Below, in pieces: positions 50,653 through 62,251 of a stretch of DNA of 64,000 bases (position 1 is the stretch's first letter; each line of letters starts with the position of its first letter). This DNA is from Fistulifera solaris. Lineage: Eukaryota. Location of the stretch: contig AP026154.1 of assembly GCA_030295235.1 (NCBI GenBank), positions 434,001 through 498,000 on the forward strand, in the 5' to 3' direction. The notes under the pieces are model-generated. The model worked only from the letters and a program-made list of their open reading frames with translations. It was not told the DNA's origin and made no database searches. The translations under genes were made by a program, and so were the position numbers.

Positions 50653-50863
50653 GTCGGCTGGGACCTTTACAACGTCCTTCACCCGTACCGGTACTGGAAC
50701 ACGGGATTATTATTTTTTTGTTGGCGAACCTTGAAGAACACGAACACTCTAGAGAACGTACCAGTACTTATGCCGGTCGCAAACTCGGTGTGAACAAAGG
50801 AACAGTCTTCACTTGTAGTATCATTTATTACGCACAATCCTTACTCAAGCATTCGCTTGCAAT

Positions 50864-51953
50864 ATGTTTCGTTCACTCTCATCTCGGCGCGTACCACTTT
50901 TTAGGCACGTTTTGAAGAAAGGACTGCTGCTGTGGCTGGGAACCTTTACAGCCGCCCTTTTTCTTGTTGCCTTTCATCGCAACAAACAGGTGGGTGTCGT
51001 GGTTGTACCAAGTAGTAAAAGTATCACCTACTCTCCCGACGCTCTTTCCGCCATTCAAGATCTTCATAACGCCCTTGCCAAACACCGTCTGGATTCCCTG
51101 GCTCGACTTTACTCCAAGACCTACCGACAGAATATTCCCTTTCCACACATTGTCATGGACGGAGTCTTTCCTGAGTCCTATTTGCATTCTGTTCGACAAG
51201 AAGTGTCTCAAGAACTGACTCAACAAGGATGCATCGAGGGATCATCGCAGTGTTTCCACGATATTTCATCACAATATAAAAAATCTACTTTAGACGATGA
51301 AGCGAAAATGGGTTTCTATACTCGGATGTTGTTCGAAAAAATGAAAGGATCGACGTTTGTCACCTTTTTGGAGCAATTATCGGGAATTCGTGGTCTTATC
51401 CCGGATCCTCACTTTCGTGGATCCGGAATCCATTCTGACGGCCCCGGGAGGTACGTAGGAGTAAGAGGGAAACTGATTTTGTTTATTATAAAGGAATCAC
51501 AGGGGGCTGATGGTTTTGCGTGATTGATTTTTTTTCTTTGCTCAGGATTTTTGAACATTCATGCCGATTTCAACAAATACAAAAAGCTCAATTTGGATCG
51601 CCGAGTGAATGTCTTTATCTTTCTGAATGAAGATTGGACAGAAGAAGACGGTGGTCACTTAGAATTGTGGTCGAAGGACATGCATTCATGTCAACAACGT
51701 ATCTTGCCCGCATTCAATCGACTGGTGGTGTTCTCCTCGACCGATTTTTTCCTATCATGGGCATCCTCATCCATTACCGGGACCACGATCACGTCGTAGT
51801 TTGGCCTTGTATTATTATACAAATGGACGTCCCTCATCTGAGTGCATTGACAAGGATTGTTCGGGTGATGGTCATTCGACTTTGTTTCAAAAACCGGTAG
51901 GTTGTGAACGATGCGAGGATGCGACCTGTCAAGCTTATGCCGAAGTAGTGTAA
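50864..51953 (+). CDS. 2OG-Fe(II) oxygenase with N-terminal membrane anchor
   Basis: PFPHIVMDG, LIPDPH..GSGIH, HADFN, LNEDW..EDGGHLELW and PAFNRLVVF. Intron ~51451-51546. Frameshifts at ~51435 and ~51750. Confidence 0.85.
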
Positions 51954-52218
51954 TGATTTTGTTCTTGTATTTTAAAAGATAGATAATGACTTTGTTTTTG
52001 CTTGATTGAATGCATCGTCAAGAGGAATATCAAACATTACAAGTACATAGCAGTCTAAGTTCGGTTGTTGTTTGTCGTTTCTTCGGTGTACTCGAACCCT
52101 ACTGGAGGACTACGAACGATCTTTTTTTGCCGACGGCGACGACGCGCCGCATTTTTTTTTTGATTCCCTGCTTTATTGTTACTTTAATATCATCATTTGA
52201 AATAACTCGTACTGCAGC

Positions 52219-52793
52219 ATGTCCTCTCATCGTGTCAATTCGTGGCTCCAATTCTGCAATACTGCGACGGCGTTGAGCTGGCTGGCCGCTGTTGTCATTG
52301 TATTATTATTCGTCAAAAGAACGACGACAACTGGTGTGAGACACACGTGACACCTTCGGTACGACTCGCGTTGGGTGTCTCCTGCTTCGAATTCATCAAT
52401 GCTGTTTTCGGTTTCACACGATCGAAACCATGGCAAGTCTTTTTGTTTGCCAGTGTCCGCACGGGCGTGGAAGTATGGGTAACTCCGCTCGTCGGCTGTT
52501 CGCACGTCACGCATGTACTTACAATCACCTGCTGGGCGGTGGGTGATTCCATTCGATTTGGTTGCAATGCTCTGGATACACATTTATCAAAATGGATTCG
52601 TTACAATGTGGGATGTCTCGTATTTCCCATTGGTGCGTTTGGTGAAATGTGGATGGTGTATACTGCGGGGTACCCTTTGGCAGCGGCCTTGTGGCCACTG
52701 GGATTTGTACCCTTGTATCGGCAACTGTTGAAACAGCGAAACAAGTTTATGCAGAGTCTATCAACATCTGATGAAGTCAAGAAAACAAAGTAA
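52219..52793 (+). CDS. Very-long-chain 3-hydroxyacyl-CoA dehydratase-like (PTPLA/HACD)
   Basis: FEFINAVFGFTRS, WAVGDSIRF, WIRYN...FPIGAFGE, LLKQRNK and C-terminal KKTK ER-retrieval signal. Indel in A-run at ~52317. Confidence 0.8.
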
Positions 52794-53594
52794 CCTGGAC
52801 ACGCAGGCACTATACTGGCCCACGTTTGATCTAAAGAAGGCGCAGTGCATCTGGTACATAGCTTCATGCTATTTTCAATGTGGAAGAGACCCAAAGCACA
52901 AGAAGTTTTCCAACACCATCATCCCTTCGCAGGCCGAAACAAGTAGCACGCAGGAATGACCATGAGGAGACACGCTTAAGACTGATATGCTCTCTTTGAA
53001 TCGTTTTTATCGGGCACCGGCGAAAATAATGGCTTCGTTCGGACCGACCATCGAAGTCGCGCATATCTTGACCATGTGAAACGATGTTCAGCGCCCTGTA
53101 CTCTACGACCAAGTTCAGGTTGGCGCTTTTAGACGAATGCAATCAACAATATGCTCCTTACTTTTTTGCGAATTCAACAGCAACATCACGGCATAGCGAG
53201 CCGCTCATCAGTTTAGACAGAATCATCCCTATAAAAGATAGACACGCACATGCTTTCCTGTGTAGTTTAATGTATTGCTTGCGGCCTTTAAATGTCGCGC
53301 GCGTCGGAAACTGGCAGGCGACTATTTTGGTAGAGCGCTGCTAGGAATGCACGGGGGATGGTCAAATGGTGCGGGGCTTGGCATTTTCCACTGCGACGAA
53401 TCGTATATGCTGGAAAGTGCTCTCTAAAGAAAAAATATAGTCCAGAAGCATTGTCCATTCCTAAATTTTCCACACCCATCTACCTTTCACTTCTCCATGA
53501 CGATGTCCATGTCTTCACTTCGATTCCGAGCATCCCGTGCTTTCAAAGATAACTATTGCTTAAAATGTCTTGACTGAATTCGCCGTTTCATGCT

Positions 53595-54689
53595 TCATCC
53601 CGACTCGATCATCACGACACGATCGTGCAATTCCGACGGAATGAGATCCATTGAGACCACCCAATTGATGCGCAATTCTTGTAACGACACAATGTTGGGT
53701 ATTTTTGTGTGAAGGGCTTTGCATTGTCCCAGATCCAGCACTCGCAAGGGTGTTTGACTGAAAGAAGGAGGCAATTCCGTCAAACGTTTGCAGCCACGCA
53801 CATCCAACCACACCATTGACGAACATTGTCCCAACGTGGGTGGCAACGATCGCAACGACTTGCATTTCGACAGTGTCAAATCTTCTAACGATTGCAATTG
53901 TCCCACACTCTCCGGTAGTAACATCAAGGCAATGCATTTGGACATATTCCATTCCTTCAATGAAATCAATTCGCCGATACATTCCGGCAATGCTGTGATG
54001 GATTTACATTCCCGCATTTGTAATATACGGAGACGTTTCCATGGTCCCACGGGCAAATTCCGCAAAACTTTGCACTTGTCCAAATACAATTCTTCCAATG
54101 CTGTCAAAGTAGCGAAGGATGCGGGTAATTCTTGCAATACTTTATTACCCGTCGTTAACGAACACGCCAAGGAAAGTCGCTTCAAACTGCGAAGAGTTGG
54201 TGCTTTAGAAACGAAAAAAAAAACAAGAAAAAATAATCTGCTGTTGTCGTCGTACCTGGTCAATGCTCCAATCGATTCAGGTAACGATTGCAACATACAC
54301 GAATCGGTCAAATCGAGCTTGCCGAGATGAAAAAATGATTTGATGAGAATAACGAAACACTATATAGAGCCACACGCACAGCACAACACAACACAACACA
54401 ACAATACACAACACATCTATTTTCGTATTACCTCTTGTAATTGCCGCAATTGTCCCAAATCGTTTGGCAATGTCTGTAATTGAACACACTGTGTGATTTT
54501 CAAACAAATCAAGGAGGATTGTTGTTGCAATAAAAGACTCGGATGCAAGGTACGAATGTACCGTTGTTGATGCAAATCCAGACAACGATACTGCCCCGAG
54601 AGGCGAGGCATTATTTCTTGCCACCGCTCCGCATCACGACAATCGCGTGTACTGTAACAGCATTTGGGCTCGTTCTTTTCGTTGAGCAT
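53595..54689 (-). CDS. Leucine-rich-repeat protein (LxxLxLxxCxxLxxLPxxxG repeats)
   Basis: Repeats such as LQSLPESIGAL, LEELYLDKCKVLRNLP and LEDLTLSKCKSLRSLP. Two introns. Confidence 0.85.
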
Positions 54690-55187
54690 GGTAAAACGGA
54701 ATTGCGATTATGGAATCAATTGGAAATGAAATGGGAAGGATGGAGACAATTTACTTGAATATACTAAAATGAATGAATAATCATTATTATTCAATTCGTT
54801 GTTTTTGTTCGTTCGAACGGCGGAGACACGGACGTGAGACGCCCAACACATGTCACGCTGCATTTTACTCCGGCTTGAAGTGTACACAAGAAGCCGCGAG
54901 GTTGTTTCCGCACACTATGAAGAACCCATTTTTTCATTTACCGTTTCGTTGCTTTTCGCTACTTCTCCAGTGATACACTGATCCGTGTAGACGATAGTGT
55001 TTTTTAGGGTTTGGATGCGAGAAGGGCGCCTAGGCCGCATCATGCAGCTTTATTATCTATCTGCCGAACCGAACAGAACATCCATAAGTAGTCAAAAGAG
55101 CAGAAGGTGAAAAGCCGTGAACTCCCAACAATCCAAGAAAACAAGTAAAAGAGAAACGAAAAAAAGATTCGATTATCACCGTCAACC

Positions 55188-56057
55188 ATGTCATTTCTCG
55201 GCCATTACGATGCCATGCTCGATTCTTCGATTGCGTCAAACGACGATGATGATGATGTACGGCACATCCTTCCTTCGGACGAAGCTAGTGACTCGTCGTC
55301 CTCTTTGGGCAGAACCATTGTTTCCAGTGCTCCATCATCTTATGAAGAAGAAGAAATTGTCTTTGAATGGCCTTCCTCTCAGTCATCTTCCACACAACAA
55401 TCCGAGCATATTCCCATCATGTCGCTTTCGACACACGAATCAATGTCCTGGACCAATTCCGAAGAATGGATTTTGGCAGCGAATAATTACCATCTGCAAG
55501 ACATGTGTGTCATCGTTCCTGGTGATGAAATCACCAACCATGATTCTGATGATTCGGCATTGTCTTTCCAACCGTCTTCGGTACCCAGTAGTGACATTTC
55601 TTGTGAAGATCATCATCTGTGGACGAGTTTTAGTACTAGTAATAGTAGCAGTAGTTCATCCTCCATTCCGCACGACGATGACGACGACGACGACGATTGG
55701 GAACACATTCATCGCGTGGGTCAGGACGAGCAAGGTGTGTATTTACAAAGTTCGAATAATACTTTGGTCACGGCACCGTGGTCGAGTTGGTATCAATCCT
55801 TGTCGTCGGAAAAGGAATGGGACGAACTCAAATCACGCGTACAGGAAATTTTGAAAGCCTTTCAGGCGGATGAGTTCGAATCCTATACAGCGGAAGAATT
55901 GTTGGCCTTGTGGATTGAACAAGAAGAAAATTTGTTTTGGAATTCAAAGCAGCAACCGGAGAACAATAATGAAGGACTTTGGGTGCGCTGGGGAGAAGCT
56001 GTCGCCGTAGCGGCAGCGGTAGCTTCATTTGGAGTAATCATGTTACGAAGATCGTGA
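55188..56057 (+). CDS. Hypothetical acidic low-complexity protein with C-terminal TM anchor
   Basis: Intact 289-aa ORF, D/S/E-rich, tail-anchor-like end. Confidence 0.6.
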   Translation: MSFLGHYDAMLDSSIASNDDDDDVRHILPSDEASDSSSSLGRTIVSSAPSSYEEEEIVFEWPSSQSSSTQQSEHIPIMSLSTHESMSWTNSEEWILAANNYHLQDMCVIVPGDEITNHDSDDSALSFQPSSVPSSDISCEDHHLWTSFSTSNSSSSSSSIPHDDDDDDDDWEHIHRVGQDEQGVYLQSSNNTLVTAPWSSWYQSLSSEKEWDELKSRVQEILKAFQADEFESYTAEELLALWIEQEENLFWNSKQQPENNNEGLWVRWGEAVAVAAAVASFGVIMLRRS

Positions 56058-56129
56058 TTCGAAGACGTCGCTGGATTTCAGATAATAATAATAATTCGTC
56101 TGTTGAAAGTATGTATAAAATTTTCAATT

Positions 56130-57004
56130 TTAAATTACTTGGTTTATTTTTTTGTGACCGGTTCTGTGGCAGCGGTATTCTCTTTCGTGGTCTTTTTTCT
56201 TCTTTTTTCTTCGTTTGATCCCCCGCTCGTAGGCTTCAATTGATAAATCCGCGAGACGTTCCTTTTCTCGTTGTGCTTGTTGTTTGGCGATTTGTTCCGC
56301 GGTCAATCCGGCATTTTCGGATTTGATTGCCACACCGGCAATGTGCGGTGTCAACACCAAATCGACATTGTCATATCCCACTTCCGCAAAGATCGGCGGA
56401 CGTCCATCGTCCGGTATTTCGCCGGTCAAGGTATACAGATTCTCCACGTACTCCAAATAGTTTTCACCATTCACTTCGGTGCGTTCGACAAACAAGAAAC
56501 GACCGCCGGGTTTCAAAACGCGCGCCGCTTCCCGAATACTCTTTTCCAATCCAAACCTTTTTCTTCCATAAGATGGGCCGATTGTAACGATACGACGACA
56601 TCGACGGAATCATCGGCGGTTTCGCACAAATCATCGGCCCGTTGATCGACAAAGGTGACACGACCGGCCTTGCGACGATCTTGCGTTTGTTGCAATTGTC
56701 GGCGTTGCGAGACCGTCAATTGTCCATCTATTTCCAAACTACTGGTAATAATTTCCCGAATCGTTCGTGGAACAAAGGTAACGATGCGTCCATCTTGGAC
56801 CCCCAATTGCAAACACGTATCGGCGGCCCGGGGTGTTTGATTGGTACAAAGAGCTGCCGAGACCCATTCGGTCCGCAACGATGTAACGACATCCAGATTG
56901 ACCATTTGCAGTGAAGAAGTGGGGCGGCGCGACTTGTTAGAATGAGGAGTAAAGGCATCGCACGATACTAGGAAGAAGAGAGAAGCCATCCTAAGGAATT
57001 TCAT
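56130..57004 (-). CDS. Plastid SAM-methyltransferase-fold protein
   Basis: Leader MKFLRMASLFFLVSCDA-FTP, DDSVDVVVS and EAARVLKPGGRFLFVE. Frameshift in T-run at ~56545. Confidence 0.75.
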
Positions 57005-57775
57005 GTTATGGTTTTTGTTTCGTGCAGTGCGGAAAGAATAATATATTGTTGATTTGATAGATACAGAAGGTACCGTCTTATTTGTATCCTCAAAATTGTG
57101 ACAGTAAGAATGAATTGAGAGAACGAAACACACAATCACAACAATATCAACAATCGTTTGTTAGAGGAGAGGAGAGGAACGACGGCATCAAAAGTTCAAC
57201 TTCGTCACTACACTCTGTCATGCGACCGTCGAAGGGGCTTTGAAAGGCGTACACCCGACAGACATCTGCCAAACGGACAGACGGAAATCTTCGTCGACGT
57301 TGAAGCGACGATCCTATCTCTCGCTGCGAAACTTGACGTTGGCGGATCGAGTGGATGTGACGTACACGGGCGTTGCGGCGATTCCTTGCGTCTTGCGTCC
57401 AGCAGTTGTGTTATTGTTACTTTCTCTCCTCGATCAAGGTGTGTGTGTAACCATGAGGATCTTGCGTTGTTGTAGAAACGATATTTGTTGATTCAATCGA
57501 ATTCAATTGTGTGGATGATTGTATATGTGCGACGAGAGAGTGTTGAAGAGGCATTTGCAGGTGTAAAAGATCTCGTGTCATACGGAAAGGAGCAAAGGGC
57601 CAAAAAGCTCCGGCACTACTTTTTTGAATGAAATCTTTTGTATCATTCCTCTATCGCATCATTGATTTCTCTTTCATTGAAACGTCGTATTGATTGATTT
57701 GCACAATCAGCCAGCATTAATTCTCACTCCCTTTTCATTTTTCTCTTATTCATTCCAGTCGAATAAATTGGAAAT

Positions 57776-58407
57776 ATGAAGGCCTTTATCCTTGCTACTC
57801 TCTTTGCCGCCGTTTCGGCTTTCACCAGCAGCCCCAAGACGTCGGTAAGTTTTCAAACGAGGCTTTAAAATTACGTTTAAATATATATATTGGGATATAG
57901 CTCTCATTTCTCTTCTTTTTGATTACAGTTTGTCAGCAAGACTGCCTTGAACGCCAAACAAGTGCCGTCCAAGTTGGAATACTGCCCCTGCATTCCTCTT
58001 TCGGACCTTCCCAAACCCGGAAAGGCCACTTCCGGTGTGGCCGGAGGTCTGGCGATTTGCATTGCTGTCGACAGCAAGGGCAGTGTTTACGCGCTCGGTG
58101 ATAAGTGCCCCCGATCAACCAGCCCTTGTCGTTCGGTAAAGTCAATGCCGATGGCACCATTGAAGATCCCCTCCTCGGCACCAAGTTCAGCCTGAAGACA
58201 GGCGATGTCGTCAGCTGGTGTCCCTCGGGCATTGGCAAGATTTTGGGAGGTGCCTTTACGCCCATTGGTGTCCCTGTTTACCCCGTTCGTCAACGTGGTG
58301 GCAACATTGAAGTCCAGGTTGATGTCAATGCCAAGTACAACTTTGAAGCCAACTACTGGTCGGGTGTCTTGGATGCTCAAGGAAAGGACACGGGCACCTA
58401 CTATTAA
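57776..58407 (+). CDS. Plastid Rieske-like (NirD/ferredoxin-fold) protein lacking most cluster ligands
   Basis: Leader ...AAVSA-F, intron 57845-57928, VYALGDKCP...G...IEDPLLGTKFSLKTG. One C missing at ~58110. Confidence 0.8.
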
Positions 58408-58973
58408 GTTTGTTTTTTTTTCTTCTTGGAAGATGGAATCCAATGTCGTTTGTAGGGTATCATAATCTGGCCTCGATGTGATGTTCCATCTGGCGCTATA
58501 GACCTTTCCCTAGTTTTAGAATGTTTTGTAGTACTGTAGGAGGTGATGAAGGAATGTTGACATTCATTCCTTTTCCCCCAAGTTATCCTTGGCTTCAAGA
58601 TTGTTCCGATAGACGACAGACTCGAAAGAATCAAGACCCGGATCTGTGTCGACGTCATCATGATGATTCGGATGGAGGTTCTTTGTCGAGTACTAATCGG
58701 TATAAAGAAAAGAGCACAGGTGTCACAGCCCCCCAACGGAAACACGAGTGAATCAATCGTGACGAAGACGCTCGTGTTAGTGTACTCTCTGTTTTCTTGT
58801 TTTCATCAGACATGACATCATCAAACGCCGCATCCAAGCCGGCCGAAGGGACTCCTCCTCCTTCAAAAAGAAGCCCCTCGTTGCAGAACAAGAATAGAAA
58901 TTGAATATACATTTAAATTACAATCGTCTTGTATACCTTATTACATTTTACTAAATAAGATTATTCGTCACAA

Positions 58974-59854
58974 ATGACAATTGTATATGCTCTAGTGTCC
59001 GTGGGAGGCAAAAATGTGTTGGCCGAATATACCGCAACATCCGGTGAGTGTGGAAACTGAGAGAGAGACGGTTGTGATCTATTCTATTATACAAAAGAGG
59101 ACCCTTATCTTATTTTTTTTCTTCTTCTTCTTCTTGTCTCACACAATGTTTTTTCGAACTAGCCACAGGTAATTTCCCTACGGTTACGCGTGTTTTGTTA
59201 GCGAAAATTCCCGCACAAGATGGTCAAATGACGTATCAATACGACAATTACAATTTTCATTACATTGTGGAAGGGGGCGTTTGCTTTTTGTGCATGTCGG
59301 ACGCACTGAATAAACATCGTATCCCGTACGCCTTTTTGAATGACATGAAGACGCGTTTCTTTGCGCAATACGGACAGGAAGAGCCATTACAAGCCATTGC
59401 CTTTTCGTACAATGAAATGTTCAGTCCTATCATTGAAGAACGAATGAATTTTTACAATTCGGAAGAGGCGGATAAGGCGATTGACAATATTGGTGCGGTC
59501 AAGAGTCAAATTGAAGATGTGAAACAAGTCATGGTTCAGAATATTGAAAAGGTGCGTTGCGTCGAAACCAGATGAAGGGGTTTTTATTCAGTAGAGTACT
59601 TGTACTCACTCTTTCTGTTAATACAGGTTCTGGAACGAGGAGAAAAGATTGAACTACTCGTGGACAAGACAGATCGTCTCAATCAACAAGCCTTTCGCTT
59701 TGAATCATCGAGTCGCAATTTACGCAGAGCCATGTATTGGCGGAAAATGCGATGCTACGCTTATGTGGGTGTCGCCGCTTTGGTCGTAATCTTGGTAGGA
59801 TCGGCTTCCCTGTGTGGTGGAGTGGACTTTCGTCATTGTCGGGCTCATCATTGA
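58974..59854 (+). CDS. VAMP7: Longin R-SNARE VAMP7/VAMP71
   Basis: MTIVYALV...VLAEY, GNF, longin domain, VMVQNIEKVLERGEKIELLVDKT R-SNARE motif, C-terminal TM. Two introns. Confidence 0.93.
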
Positions 59855-59986
59855 GTATCTAGCGAGAGACATTTCAATATTTTCCTCTCTATACTTTTTA
59901 CCTTTAAGGGGAATGGAGTAGTTTAATGTATTTTTTTTTCAATCTGATTTTACCTAGTTTAAAAAGTGGAATGTAGTTCAGCAAGG

Positions 59987-61607
59987 TTACGCCACGAAAT
60001 CGACATTGTATTCGCCTTCAAAGGCCATTTCGTTTTCGTCAAAGCCTACGGTGGGAAACGAACAAGCAAATTCGCTCACTTCTTTGCGCAGCTGCACCAA
60101 ATCCGCATCCACGGAAGGACCCACGGCACACAATTCTCGGAATCCTTTCAATTTTTGGCCCTGTTCGGTTTGTTTCAATTTCAAGGCAATTTGCACGGCC
60201 CGGTCAAAAAAGTGAGCCACCTTCACAAAATCTTCCTCCACCAAGCCACGGGACGTGAGTGCGGGGTTCCCATCCGAATGCCGCCAGGCATTAGGGCCGA
60301 AGTATCGCCCGGAATCGTGTTCTTGTTGGTAGCAATGCACGCCAATTCGAGGACGCGTTCGACGCGGGCACCATCAATGTTTTTAGACGATTTGACATCA
60401 ATTAGGACCAAATGATTGTCGGTACCACCACTGACCAGGTGGTAACCCAAGTTTTGGAGTTCTTGCGCCAATCGCGCACAATTTGCCAACACTTGCTTTT
60501 GGTATTCGACAAAGGCGGGTGTCGAAGCTTGCTTGAGACAGGTGGCCAGTGCCCCGATGGTATGATTGTGGGGTCCACCTTGCAAACCGGGAAAGACGGC
60601 AAAGTTGATTTTCTCTTCGTAATCATAATACACAGGATTGCCCTTCTTGTCATTTCCCTTCAAACCTTTTCGATAGAAAATCATGGCACCACGGGGACCC
60701 CGTAAACTCTTGTGCGTCGTGGTGGTAACAATATCGGCCCACGGAAAGCAGGAAGGAATTACTTCGGCGGCCACCAAACCACTAATGTGTGCCATATCCG
60801 CCAAAACGTAGGCACCCACTTGATCGGCAATGTGACGAATCCGTTCATAGTCAATCAGACGTGAATACGCCGACGCCCCGGCGACAATGAGTTTCGGACG
60901 AAATAGTTCGGCACTTTTTTCCATTTGATCGTAATCGATCAATCCCGTCGATTCATCGAGACGGTATGGCATGGATTCAAAGTAACGCGATACCATTGAA
61001 ATCTTTTTCGTGGGAGTTTGATAACCATGGGACAAGTGGCCACCGTGCGGAAGATCCAACGAGAGAATACGATCGTGCGTGTTGAGAAGTGCCGTATAAA
61101 CCTAGAGAGTTTGTTTGTTTGTGTGTGGATGAGAAACGAAAGGGATCAAGGCCTTTTTTTGCCTTGACGAAAAAAAGAAAACGGACGCACCTGAAAATTC
61201 GCTGGCGATCCGGAAAGGGATTGTACATTGACACCCCATTCTTCCGGATTCAAATGAAAGGCCTGCAGTGCACGTTTCTGACACAAGAGTTCGACTTGAT
61301 CAATGTTCTCATTGCCACCATAGTAACGTGCCCCGGGATACCCTTCACTGTACTTGTTCGACAAGACGGAACCCAAAGCCTCGAGAACGGCCTTGGAAGT
61401 GAAATTCTCACTCGCAATCAAGACTAAACTGTTGCGTTGACGCGCTTTTTCTTGTTCAATTAATTGTAAGAGTTCAGGATCAGTTTCGGCGAGACTGTGA
61501 TTGAGACTCGACCCGACGGAAGAAGACAAAGGTCGAGACGAAGCACGCGGAATCATCATCGATCGTGTTGTTGTCCATCGTAAAGTGGTTTTTGTGAAGG
61601 AAAGCAT
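59987..61607 (-). CDS. SHMT: Serine hydroxymethyltransferase, mitochondrial presequence
   Basis: [44 protein letters not shown] (PLP Lys), [11 protein letters not shown]. Intron ~61102-61190. Frameshift at ~60265. Confidence 0.96.
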
Positions 61608-62251
61608 GGTTGTTTCAATTCTGAATCTAACTCGTTATTCAAGCGCAACTCACTCTTTTTGTTGCTTTCTTTTGTTTCGTTGTTATGATTGATGAATGAT
61701 CAAATGACACAATAATGATTTTAACACGATGAACAAAGCGCAACAGAAATAAATATCCTCAAAATTGCTACGCGAAGACGACGCAACGGTGACGTAAGCG
61801 CAGAAGAATTTTTTACAGTTTTGCGTATAGTCCAAACCCACTCAACGAAAGTACGGGATCCTCGTCAAACGACCCAGAGGAGGATTTTCTAAAAATACAC
61901 GGACTAGTTACTGCGATCACATAATGAAGAGAAACAAACGAATGTGTCCAACGTGTTGTAATCAAAATCAACGTTTGAAGGTAGCCAGTATAACTCGATG
62001 ATTATTCGTCAGAAAGGCAAAAAAACTGAAAGAAATCTGCGACGTCTCGAAAGTGACTGGATGATTCTTAGTGCCCCTTTTGCGAAAATAGTTCCGTGAC
62101 CTGCCCGCATCGCCATTACCAAAGCAAAATCATCATTGTTTAGAATTGAAACAGGCTGTTTATTGCATAAAATAGTTCTATAGCTTCAAACCATGAAACA
62201 CACGACACCCGAACAAAGCAGCAGAACTAAACAATGCGGAATTTTGGCGCG

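Noticed and set aside
52864..53560. Short overlapping ORFs between HACD and the LRR gene
   Set aside because: No motifs or consistent reading frame.
1..61607. Calling frameshifted genes pseudogenes or programmed frameshifts
   Set aside because: Breaks sit in homopolymers, go in both directions and hit essential genes, so sequencing error is the simpler explanation.
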